Shown here piece by piece: positions 34,701 through 47,500 of a stretch of 64,000 bases of DNA. Source of the stretch: Lytechinus pictus (Eukaryota); contig NC_087252.1 in assembly GCF_037042905.1 (NCBI RefSeq), positions 4,590,001 through 4,654,000 of the forward strand, given 5' to 3'. The first letter of the stretch is position 1. Every line of letters begins with the position of its first letter. The notes under the pieces were generated by a model. The model saw only the letters and a program-made list of their open reading frames with translations. It made no database searches and was not told where the DNA came from. Made by a program: the position numbers and the translations under genes.

Positions 34701-37599
34701 ATGTCTCCATTTCTAAATCTATTTTTCATCCAAAAAATTCCTTAAATATCACTGGAAATGACACAAAAGTATCTCTGAACATAATGGAAGACTTTTTGCT
34801 TCATGTGGGTATTGCTCAATATTTTTCAGCTCATGATGTACAAATGACGATCTATGTTCTACTATCCTCAAATATCAAATCTTGTACCAGATAAAACCAG
34901 CATAGACTTACATTGAACAGCACTATTCTAAACAACAGACATGTTTTTTTGCATTAACGATCATATCCAATTATTTCAAAAGGAGAAAGAAATTTCCTCT
35001 GTACTTACTTTGTCAAATCAATGCTCTAAATCACCCATCTTTATTAACCTGTTGACTACCGATTTCTGCAAATCCTGTATGCTTTGTACAGGGGTCACCC
35101 AGTTCCAGTAGGCAATGGGCTCAATTTAAAATTTTAAGTTTAAAATCAAACTTGAAGATTCTAGGAAATGCCTCTCAAGTTTGGAAAATCTTGGATTCAG
35201 GTTCATGAAATTTGTTTGAGCTGTATTTGGAGTTTCTCTCAAAATACAGAAAGAATCATGGGCACTTTTCTGTATTATTGTGAAGAGAATAAAACAACAA
35301 ATTGATGTGGTTAAAATGCCTGAAGTGTGGATATTTAAATACTTAAGCACTTGTAACAGACTGGAATACATTAACATACAAAAAAAATAATAAAACCATG
35401 TACATAAATTCCTTTTCAGTGTATACTTGTAAATTAGTTTTAATAATTTGTATTCTATTGTGGCTATGGCAATGCATAAGAGAATGTACGGGTAACAAAT
35501 CCAAACTCTAGAAACATTTCATGTAACTAAAGCTTCATCACAATAAAAGAAATATATATTCACCCTTATGGTATGCATAAAGCTATATATATATATAATT
35601 ATATATAAATAAGATATTTAGAAATTAGATTTACACTCATATATGCTTACTCCACGGAACAGTACATTCCAATATATGCACTAAAAATAACAAAGATAAT
35701 AATACATATTAATTATAAAATTCTGAGCAGGAAACAAAACCTCGATGTAGCAACCATAAAACGCACTGAAGACAACCAACGGCTAAACAGTTTGAATTTA
35801 AAGAAATGTTATCAAATCATTAAGAAATACCTTCTACATACTTCTTCAAACCATCATATTCCAGCAAAGAGAATGGGATTAGTGTAGATATGAATTCCAA
35901 ATTGATATAAACATCACTTGAACATTTCTGAACATGATAAGAAAAAGAAATGTTTCTTCTGACCAGGGGTATATTTCATATTTTCAGAATAGGTTTTTTT
36001 TCCTCTACTGCTCTGCACTCATGTCAATGAATCTTTTAAGAAATCACTAGAAATTTACAGGGTCTCAATCCAAATTTGCAAATGCTTTTTAGCATATTTG
36101 AGAACAAAATGCTCTATACAGAGGGAGTGAGGGGGGATTGTACCAAACACCAAATGTACTACATCCAATTTCTTTGGGAATGAAATAGAAACAGCAGTTA
36201 CTATGTTTTTATTTGGCTGGGGGCAATAGATCAAAACTTTTGTACATGGTTTCCAAATACACTTACAGTCTCACATAATTGAAAATTAGACTGCATCTTT
36301 TATGTTACAGGGCCAAGCAGGGATACGTTCTTAAAACCATAGAATGTACAAAGAAATGGACATTTGTGTAATGGTGGATATCAGCATGAGCGGGAAGCTG
36401 TTTTATAAAGTTGCTCGTAAAGTTATAAATAACTTTAAAGATGATTCAAACATTTTATCAATTGGATTCTCAAACATTGCAGATTTCTATGGCCAAGGTT
36501 TTAACATCACCTTGATGGGTTTGAATTCTTGTTGCCGACAAGCCTTTCAATGCACAGTTCATTATCTTATCATTTTTCAGGTTACAGGAAAGTCAGTCCA
36601 ATGTTGTAAAAAACACCAGGCAAACATGAAGCATTCCTTTCAGCACAAGTACATATTCAAGTCGTTCACAAAGTCATGGGCAACATACAAATACTTTTAT
36701 GAACATCCCCAAGAACAAAAAGAACATGATTTCAGTTCATAACATCAAACACCAAAGAACACTTGAGCAAAGATAAAAGTCCCAAATGCTCTTATACATG
36801 AAGTACATCACAATAATAAAAAAAACAATCATTTGAATAGCCCTCTGTATTCCATTCACAACAAGTGCACTTAGAACAAAGATCCTAGGAGCACCAAAAG
36901 ACTGTAGCTTAAGATCGGCCAATGCTACGCAATCCTTGGACAATCGGGGAGCATTTCATTAAACAAAGTCAGTGATTTTCACCGACATATTTGCTCTAAA
37001 CCAATCAGATGCAAGAATTTCAATAGCTTATAACAAATTCAGTCAGTGTAAATCAATGTCTAGTCTACTCATTTCATGAAAGGCTCCCCATATTGTAGAC
37101 TGGGGGAAATAAACAGAGTTTAAATTAGAAATGCTCTCCAGGTTTCTCAGGAAAATGGAATTTGAAACAGATTCAGGAATTCTTTTATCTCAATCTAACT
37201 GCATTTTTCCAAATTACATCAAAGTCAGATTGTGTTACATGTGGTGGGTGTAACTGACTAGCTGAACCTTGAACCTTACACCCCTTGGAACAAAAAACCC
37301 AAAGGAGTTTTTGGGGCAAGAACCACACACTTGGACTCTAAATGAGATTACTTTCAATCAGATGAGAGATGTGGCTGAGGAAGAGATGGAACATTTCTCC
37401 CTGGTCTACTCTTGCAACTGATGTTCTCCCGATGATCATTCAACCCAGTCCAATCAGTTTCTACCTTTGCAGACCTTTGCTCAAAAATAGGAAATATCTC
37501 ACAAATTTCAATGTCTCCAAACAGTGCTTAGGATCATCATTCAGTTCAAATACTGTCCTAGTGATGCTAAAATTGAGTTATTCTTGCAATAATGTTGGA

Positions 37600-37725
37600 G
37601 TGGGGAAGAGAAAGGTCTTCAGGAAGGCTCAAAAAGTTGATTGGGTCTCTGCTCTCCTGATAAATTGGGGAAGGCTATTCCACAGCTTTGGTCCGGAGAT
37701 GTAGAAGGCTCTATAACCCCAGGTT
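37600..37725 (-). mobile_element. L2/CR1 LINE ORF2 C-terminal remnant
   Basis: TWGYRAFYISGPKLWNSLPQFIRRAETQSTF. Confidence 0.65.
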
Positions 37726-38107
37726 GCTGAGAGAGTCATAGAGAGATTCATTGATGATAGATATTTCATCTTTCTAGACGAGACCCTCACTGCATGTGAG
37801 CCATCAAGATCACATGATAAACTTGAAAAGCATTTCATGAAGAGTTTTTGTCAGTAATTTGCGCTGACTCATTTGCACTCTGCTAATAAGATTGCAAGAT
37901 TTCAGTAGCTTGTAACAGTTTCCAGTGCAAATCATCGTGAAACGCACTCTTGGTGTCTCCTTGGCAAGACTTTCTCCATAGGACCAAGTCTTGCTCTCTT
38001 TCCTCTAGAATGCTAAACACCATTCCTTCTACCGTAATCGGGCTTATCAATCCACCCCATGTCAAACACTTCAAGATAGATAGAACTGATGGTGTTCTCA
38101 ACTGGAC

Positions 38108-38237
38108 CTGGGGCCCGTTGCAGAAAGTTGCAATCAATCGCAACTTGATTTTCAACCAATCAACAGCATGCATTTGGGTCTTACGATTGATTTTTTGGCT
38201 TGCATTTAAACGCAACTCTTTCTGCAACAGGCCCCTG
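38108..38237. mobile_element. MITE
   Basis: gggcccgttgcagaaag / ctttctgcaacaggccc. Confidence 0.65.
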
Positions 38238-38530
38238 ATCATGAAGTCCAAAATCACTTCTGAATCTCCTCTTAAATGAACAATTGTACTCTTGCTATTC
38301 AATCACAAGCATAGAATCAAATGAGATAAAACCCATGTGTCCATGGCAGGACCTGTCTATCTATAAGAGGCTATAATTCAGCTCATCCAATGAAGAGGAG
38401 TAAGATGTTTTTCTCCCCTACTGGGTGAGTCTCTATCCCTTGGAGCAAACTCAAGGAGGGAGCTGAAGTTTGCTGTATCCGTCTGACCCTCGTTTGATGC
38501 CCATGGCTGAGAAACTATCTACCATCTCAC

Positions 38531-38577
38531 TCAGACCATCTCTGCTTCGGTTTCCTCAATGATTGATGACCTTTGAC
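38531..38577 (-). CDS. Putative terminal coding exon GQRSSIIEETEAEMV*
   Basis: Long polypyrimidine tract then ctcag; phase-1 compatible; followed by long 3'UTR-like sequence. Confidence 0.7.
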
Positions 38578-41500
38578 CTGAGAAGATGGACAGAAGGAAA
38601 GAAAAAAAGAAAAAGAAATGAAAATTAGATACATGATCATTCAATAAAGATATGTATAAAATAAAAAAATGTATAGGCCCTTATAATTTGTTTTTAATAT
38701 ATCCTAAATTTTACGACAGCAAAAATAGAATACCTAACAACAGCATAAATGGAAAACCTATCTCTTCGAGTACACATTTAGAGACACAATTAATTGTACA
38801 ATAGCATGAAGATCTGTCTTTTAAATAAATAATTTGTGATCGATATCAGTTTAGTTCCAATTGAATCTATTGCAACTCTTTACAAGAACAGCTCTTGGTG
38901 AATTGTTAATCATTGAAAATTTGATTAATAGGAGAATGGGCTACATGGTAATTACAGTAAAATGAACATTAAGAAAAGAAGCAACTGAACACCACACTAA
39001 TCTAAATTGATTAATTTACAATTACATGAGGTGTACATCTTTATTCTTTTCAACTTTCCCAATGTCTTTTCACTACAGAGAATGAGGTGGAGTTTCATAA
39101 AGCTGTTTGTAAAGTGTATGCATGACTACAACATGTTGTAATGAATAGGGGAGGGTGTGTTTCACAAAGGGTTATGTGTGACTTACATTCCTGCTTGAAT
39201 CCCCTAGACATATATGGTCAAAATTTTATTAGGTTTGTAGGAATTCATCACCCTTTATATTTCAACAAGATAAAAATGGGACATCTCATTCAACACAAGA
39301 ACAGGGAAGCGTTTTATTAGAAGACTGGTTGGATGTTTTATCCAAAAAGTCCTGTTTTATCAAACAGCTGCCATAGTGACAGTGCTTCTCAGCCAATCAA
39401 ATTCAAGGAAATTGTTAGATCAGGGGAGTGTTTCATCAAAATTTTTGTCTGACAAGTCATCAGATCTAACAACTTTACATGATTCTGATAGGCTGACAAG
39501 CACAATTGCCAATGGTAATTGTCGGATAAAACAGGACTTGGCGATTGAATCAGTCCTGTTATGAAATACTCCCCAGACTAGTCAGAATGTTGATGAGATG
39601 CTCGTCCGTGAAGAAGTCATGGGTAAAATCATGCATAACCTATGGACAGCTTCATGAAAGACTACCCTGTACACAGAATATGACTAGAGTTATATATCAA
39701 CACACACACAACTTGAAAATCTATATATCTACTGAATACAAGAGTGATAATGAATAAAGGAATATAATCAATGTGTTAATGTCTCTAATAACACCATAAT
39801 ACGAAGTGATAAAAGTTAGGAAATAGAACAGTCAAGTTCTTTAGATTTTAAGAATATGGAAATGTGACATGGTAAACTTGGGGACCTTTCATGAAGCATA
39901 TTTTGATTTTTTTTATATACTGACTATTTGCTCCCAGCCAATGAGAGGTAAGGATTTCAGTAGCTTTTATCGGATCTATGTCAGTGTTTTTTTTTTTTAA
40001 ACTGAAAAATTGCATCATGAAATGCTCCCCAATATATACATGTATGTTTGAAATGCATTAACACCAGAGAACCCAAGATATAGAAACCACCTCAAACCAA
40101 ATGATGAAAATAGAGTCTTGCTTTAACACACATCAGGGGTCCGTTTCATAAAACTTGTTACAATTTACAATAACAGTTAAAAGCTACTGAAATCTTTTTT
40201 TTTTTATTTATTTATTTATTATTTATTCGGCACTTCAAACATATTTAAGAATTTAAGATAATTTACAAAGCAATATCGAACATTACATAAAATGACAGTA
40301 TGATAGGCTGAAAGTAATTTGTTTATAGAAACATTACATTTGTTATTGTAACAAGTTTTTATGAAACAGAACCCAGAACTAAGTCTTCTTACTCCCTTAT
40401 CACACAGGGGTGTACCATAGAAAATGAAATATGTTGGATAAGCACTACCATGCACCATCTTTCTCAAGGGTGAAGGGAAAGAATGAATCAGAGAATTCCA
40501 ATTTTATTGTGTTATAGAACTAAGCAAAACAGCAGAGAGAGACCAGGGCCCCATAACACAAAGGTTAGCGATTGATCGTACGCTTGATTTTCACGATTGA
40601 TTGTACATTGTAGTCAATGGAATCAATCGTAGAAAAATGTTCTACAATCATTGCTAAGCTTTGTGTTACGGGCCCCTAGCCCCCGTAACACAAAGATTAG
40701 CAATGAATAGCAAACATGAGAAAACACTTCTGATTGGTTCCTGGTCAGTATTTTGCGCCAAATGCGCGTGTAATGTTGATCTTGATTGATCAGTTCATTT
40801 AATAGCGATTGATCGCTAATCCTTGTGAACGTTATGGAGCCCCGATTTTTCCATGTCTTTAAAATATTCTATAGAGAGTATGGGGGGAAGATTTGTTATT
40901 TTCTAAGCAAAATATTTGGGATTGGAGTGCACAAATATTAGAATAGATTGCATTATTTATAGAAAACCTTGTCGATTGAGATTTTCAACAGTCGACAGAC
41001 TTCTGAATTAAACCAGAGAGAACAGCACAAGACTATAGAAAAATATTTTGGCAAAAACCAGTCAAACAAAATATTTAAATAGATGAACCATTTCAGTTCC
41101 ATTTACTTTATGAATATAAAAGTGTTAATAAGGTTTTGAAATTATAGATATTAAGAAACCGACAGCATCACTGCAATACACAACACTACAAGGAAAGAGA
41201 TGTTTGGGACTACACAAAGTGTTTCTCACGAATGTTAATTCCCAACGTTTTAGATATTTCTCTTGTTAATCAGTCTTTTTTTCATCTTCACCGAATAATA
41301 TCTCCCTGATATTGTTCCACTCAAAGTAGATGACACTGATTTAAAGTTTTATGAATGGTAATGTCACTACATGTATATTAAGGTCACACAAACACTAAGG
41401 ATTTGTCTGTATTTAAAGCTAAATTCCAGTTTTGGTAACGATCTCAAAATGACTTTTTACAGAATCCAATATAATGACCACCCAAGTGTCTGTTTGTATG

Positions 41501-44500
41501 AATTAAAAATATGTGCCAAAGGATTCTGGAAGAAATTGTGTAATTGCTGAGAAATAAGCAAAATAAGCGCGGATTCGGGCACTTCCGTCGGATCTTTATT
41601 CCAGCAATAATAATATACTGTCCCACGTGTGCCTATCTGTGTTGGCGATCTTCAGTGTGATCGTTTTTCAGCTTAGATTTTATGATTTCACAGAGTTCAG
41701 TTCATGTAACTGTACCAGATCTAGATCCACGATGATATAGTAATATTTAAACTTGGTTTTACAGACTTTCTCACGAAATCAGTGTTTACTGCAACTACTA
41801 TCATTTAGCTTTAACACTGCAAAGCTCTTTCAAATTACTTTACTATAAATGATGACAAATTTGATTAAAGGCTGTATGTTAGTAGTTGAGTCTTACATAT
41901 GCATTCCAAGCATCATCAAAGAGGACCCCTGTTTTCATTTCATATCAAAATCATCATTAAGAAAAAAAGTTTGTTAGAGCCAGCATTAGACATTTAATCT
42001 AAGACATATTGAAGAAAAAAAAATCACTGTTAGAGTGCACCTGTTTTAATTAATGAAAAAGGGCACAATAAAGCAGATGCAAGCTTGAAAGTTAATAGAG
42101 AAAAAAAAATAGAGACACTATTTATATCATCAAAGAGAAAGGAAAGAAAATTTTAATAACTACAAAAAGCACTACAAGAGACAGTAAAGAGCAATTAAAT
42201 TAATTCATTTAACTAAGCATTTTCTTTCATTGCTATACCCTTAAAGTTTATGTAAGGAAAATACTGAGATTGTTTCAAAAATTGCATTGCCAATTCAAAA
42301 ATTTGCACGATTTATATTATTTGTTTGTTTGTTTTTCATTTAATGGCAGATATTGATATACAATTTACCCCCTTTAGAATTCTCACATGATTTTTATTTA
42401 TGGTTCCACATAAAAGTTTATTCGACAAAGTAATGAAATTTTGTCCAAATGGGTGATACGACGGTTTGTATGTAGTACATGTAGATAATACATGAATATG
42501 AACTGGTGTATACAATGTATGGAGTATTACACATGAAGTACTGTGTACTATATTTCTGAGATTATGAATAAATACTAATGTATTGATATGCCAATTATAG
42601 TCATGTCAAGACTTGATTACCGTAATACTCATTTGGTTCATGAATGTGAATGTGAAAAGAGGCATTGATTTTGCATAGGAAAGCGGGGGGGGGGGGGGGG
42701 GGGGTCTCTGAGGCATCTTATCAAATTTCATAGCCGCATCTTTCTTGCAAGAATCCTGCAAGCATCCTTTCATTGCTAATGCTCACATTTCATCACAAGA
42801 CAAAACAATTAGGAATGCAGGATTCCTGCTGAAAAGACGCTAGCTATACTTATGGCAAGGTGCCTTTACGAGCAGAAACAACAGTTGAGCTAGCCAAAAT
42901 AGATAACTTTTCATTAAACAACTACGCATATATTTTTTCCCCAAAACCTTATCATTTCATCTGATCTAAACGAACTAATGATACAGTCACATTTCCCTAC
43001 GGCTGCAGCACAGGAAGTCAAAAATTGCTGTTTTATCCATTTCTATTCAAACCACCTACATGTATGTGTAGCTGGTACAAAAAATGTTAAAACGGCAAAG
43101 AAAAAAAGGGGTATAAAGACACATCAAAAGCACTGCACTTCAGAATGAAAGAATCCTGAACTTTCCTATACATGTATGTATTTGTTTCTCTAACATTCGT
43201 TTTATTTCATCCCTACAAGCCTATTCATAATCTTGGCACACATTGCTTTGTGAGACATATTTACTTTAGATAATAAAAATAAAATCAAGCTCTTAAACCC
43301 GAGGCAGAGATAACTCAGTGTGGGGGTTCATAGAAAAGTGTATTATGTGTATAATATTGTGACCAAGAAGTGTTCATAGTGTTTAACCTGAAGTAAATGA
43401 AACTCCACAAATGAACAAAAATAAAATATTAAACTAATTACAGGTAACTTTGCCTATTAAGTCAAATCTTTTGTGACCACCAAAAATTGACAGGAGAAAT
43501 TTTGATTGATAAGAGGTATACAATAAATGTTTAAAATCATAAGTGTATCGCTTAGAATTGCTTTGACATGGGCAAGTTGACTTAATGAAAGTTTACCAGG
43601 AATCGAGTCAAGAGGACTTCCGAAAATGAACAAGTATGGTATCACCCTTTAAAAAAAAAATGCTCACGAAACATGTAAGGAGTTAGGAAAGAAAGGAAGG
43701 GATGAATCGTGAGGCAAGGGCAGAGGAAATAATGACAGAACTGCAGAAGACTACAAACAACCAATAGGGAGACTTAACATACTGCATGGCATGGGCATAA
43801 AGCAAGTGAAATGCAGCCTTTAGACCCATTCTTGGAATACACGTTTAGCACGAGCAAGAAGGCCTCCTGAGAAAAAAAAAGGAGTTTCAAGGGGAAAAAA
43901 GACAAAAACAAATAAATATACGTCTCAATATTAAGAGGAAATTAAAAGACATGGCGTTCAGCACAAAGCAAGCCAGCATATCAAAAACAAAAAAGGCAAT
44001 GTCAAAAAGTTGGAACTTTTGTAGTATGTTTATCAAGCTAACTTTATAGGTCTCTTGAAGAAATATTAATATTTCAATCAGTTCAACATAATGTCTACTG
44101 GTACTTGAATGAGCAAATTCCCTATTAAATATGCTTGGTAACAAATGATGTATCTGGTGAATATAATGTGACTGTTAATATTTGACTTGCATTCGTCAAA
44201 TAAATCTACTACAAACCATTTCTTCTTATGTTCCAACAGATAATTTGCAATTTCGTAATATTCGGCGAATATAAATTTACTTGCCTTTCTCTCAAAATTC
44301 AATTGAATGAATTGATGTAATTGTAAAGCAATGTTTTTTTTCATTATTTTGTACTTATTAATGATTGGTTATTAAATATGAAAAATATTACCATTTACAC
44401 AAGAGCTTAGTCAAACCTGAGCAAAGCACTGGGAATCAAGTCACTAGCTCAGTACATCAAGAAAATACTTATTGACAAAATAGTACAATGATAAAAATGC

Positions 44501-47500
44501 TAGCACTTTTAAAATAAGCTGCGCCATGATGCCCTATTAGTGTTGTGCAGTTTGTGTGAACTACTGCTTCTTAGTGTGTTTTTTTTTTTTATGAAAAGCT
44601 CTGTTTTGCTGATAAAATGTTGGATCACTTGTGACAAAGTCATGCATTAGTTGCTTTCTCACTAAAGCAAGGAGTGCAGCACATTACCTAGCACATGTAT
44701 GAGAACCAATGTAGCATCATAAAAAAAAAAGCTGTAACAAAATTGACCATCAGTTGAGTTAAAGGTCTTTCTTTGAAGCTTAACGCATAATAAAATGAGA
44801 TTTTTTTATTTTTTCAATGTATTGTTTTAATGAGTGCAGGAATCCACACTTAAAAAATTCTTAATTTTCGGATGAATAAGACGATAAAGAAATCAGGCAT
44901 TTGCTCAGATGTGATAAATAAGTTGGAAAAGGGTTATCACGAGTCCTTAAATAAATGTTAAATAACATGTTTTTTGGACATCATATACTTCTTGTGATTA
45001 CACACATACATGTAACATTCACACTTAATATCAATCATTGAACAGCCTCCATGATATTAGTCTTTCAATGTTAAATTCCTAAGAAAGTGCACAAGAATAC
45101 CGATAGTAATAATGCATGTACATGTAGATCGATATGATACTCCGCTTCCCTCAGAAACCAAGAATAAGGGTTGCTCAGTTTAAAATTTGAGTTTAACTCA
45201 CAGTAAATCTATGATAACATACAATGCTTCTCGTTATCGTTAGAGACATCATCTGAACCTGTCATAATTTAACATTTCAAGCAAAGGTATGAAGGCAGAT
45301 CAAAATGTTCAATATTCTATTTTGCAATTTCAAGAGCAAGAACTGTTTTCTAATATTATTCATCAACACAGTAGTAATGATAGGAAATGTGAGAAAAATA
45401 CTTTAATACATTCAAAAGCATACTCATTATAACTTGATCTAATCATATGCTGCCATAATGCACTATAGATAACTATTTATAATCACTATTACACCTGTAT
45501 GTCAACCATGGACCATGATATTAAGAATATAACTTTGTTGAATAGTCAGTTTTCCGTTGAATAATTAAGTCCTACCTTAACCCATCTAGATTAATGACAT
45601 GAAATTAAGACAATGAAACCTATCCAAGAACCACATGACTATGCTGAGGAGCTTTCTGCTCTGTAGATGGCGACACAACATTCGCTCCTGCGACAATTGC
45701 TCCAAGTATCTGAGGATAAATGTTAGAGCTGTGGCAGGGTTCTCCGTTCAGAATCAATTGTGTAAGAATAAGGTACGGTTGATGTTTGGTTGAATATCTG
45801 TGTGTTTACAGTGGAAGCAATTGTCGCAGGAGCAGACGTCATGGATCCTTGTAGAAATAAATATATCTATATCTGTGGAATGAATTTACAAGCAGCAAAC
45901 AATAAGCCCTAATCATGCAGGAATGGATAATGTTTCCTTATCAATACAAACCTTGTGAATTCCTGTCTCCCGGTCTGCCCGCATCAGTGGTGTCTTCAAT
46001 CTCCTCTGCAGAGCCGCTGATAAGGACGTCCGAAGAAGCAGAGTCTTCCGAAATGAGACTAACCGGTCGGCTACCACCTTCCCGACTGTCCAGCTGCGTC
46101 TGCTCGGAGACCGTCGTCAAGTCTGTTGTCGGGATCACGTCCGTCTTGATGGTCTGTAGCTTTTGCTCTTCCTCTGGAGTAAGCTCAACGTTGTCTTGGG
46201 TCTTTTCCTCTATGCTTGAGACAATGTCTTCGGCGTTGGGGATATCATTGTCCACAACTTCAATCAGGCACGGGTGGGAGCCTGGCTCCTCTTTGGTGGA
46301 AGATTCTAACTCATCAAGGGTTTGATGTTCATCAGATGCTTCAAGTTCTTGAGTTGTAATATTAGCATCACCTAATGACGAATCCTTAGTGTCAGCATCT
46401 ACAGTCACTGGTGCTTTCTCAGTCTCACCTTCTTCACTTATCGTATCATCTTGGCTGACTGACTCAGTACTTACATTAGGGTTACTGTTAACGTCTACTA
46501 CCGCGTTTAAATTTTGCACTTCAGAATTTGCTTCATCTCTGACCACGTCCACATTATTCTCCTCCTCGGCACATTCATCCTCCACCCCAACACCCACCTT
46601 CTCGTTACCATTTTCATAGTCTTGATTTGATTCGCTAATCTTGAGTTCCTCAAGTCCATTTGCGATATCCTCAGTGACTAAGGCCTCCGGTACACACACA
46701 GATGTCTCCTCGTCTTCAGTTCTTTCACTGGGTAACCCAGCGGCAGACTGCAACTCCAGGAGCTGCTCGTTCACTACCGGTTTCACTACCTGAGTGTCCG
46801 CATGGAAGATCTCCGGCTGTACCATCTCGTTGGGCGTCACCGGAACATCGGAATCCTGCTCATTCAAACTCTTATTCTCATCATCCACAACGACCGTCGC
46901 TTCCTCCGGGTCCGACGACTCAACCGTTTTAGAATCCTCCGACTCGGTAGCACTCGAATCGCCAGAGTAAGATTGCCGATTCTGTTGTTTGTCAGTCATT
47001 AGTCTGTCCTCATTGACAGTATTTGGGATAGAGTCTACTGATCCAGGGTTATTCTGGAGAGGGTCGGGTTGTAGGTTACCCAGTTCATGTTTCATGACTG
47101 TTAGTTCTCCTGTTAACTGTCTCCTTTCAGCTTTCAACTCATCATAATCTGACTGCAAGTTGCTGTTCTCCTCCTTCATTTTCTTCATTTCAAGTTCCTC
47201 TAAATGACGCTTCTCCTGTTTTAAAGAAAAATATCAAAGATTTGTAGGATATGATAATTTATAGAAAACAGTTCATGAAAATCCCTCAAAACTTTTTTTT
47301 TCCCCTTCCTCCTCCTCATTTTCATTCTTACAAAGGGATACTGACTCTTGAGCCATGATGGCCCTCCCTCCTTCCACTTCTTTCCGTCTTGAGCATCTCA
47401 TTGTCCAGACGAACCTTACCTCGTTCCTTCTTCACCATATCTTTCCATGTAATTTGTGGTCTTTCATCTTCTCTTATGCCACTCATTTCCTGATCCCAAG

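Noticed and set aside
45915..47002. Plus-strand Ser-rich ORFs
   Set aside because: Antisense shadows of the large RhoGEF exon.
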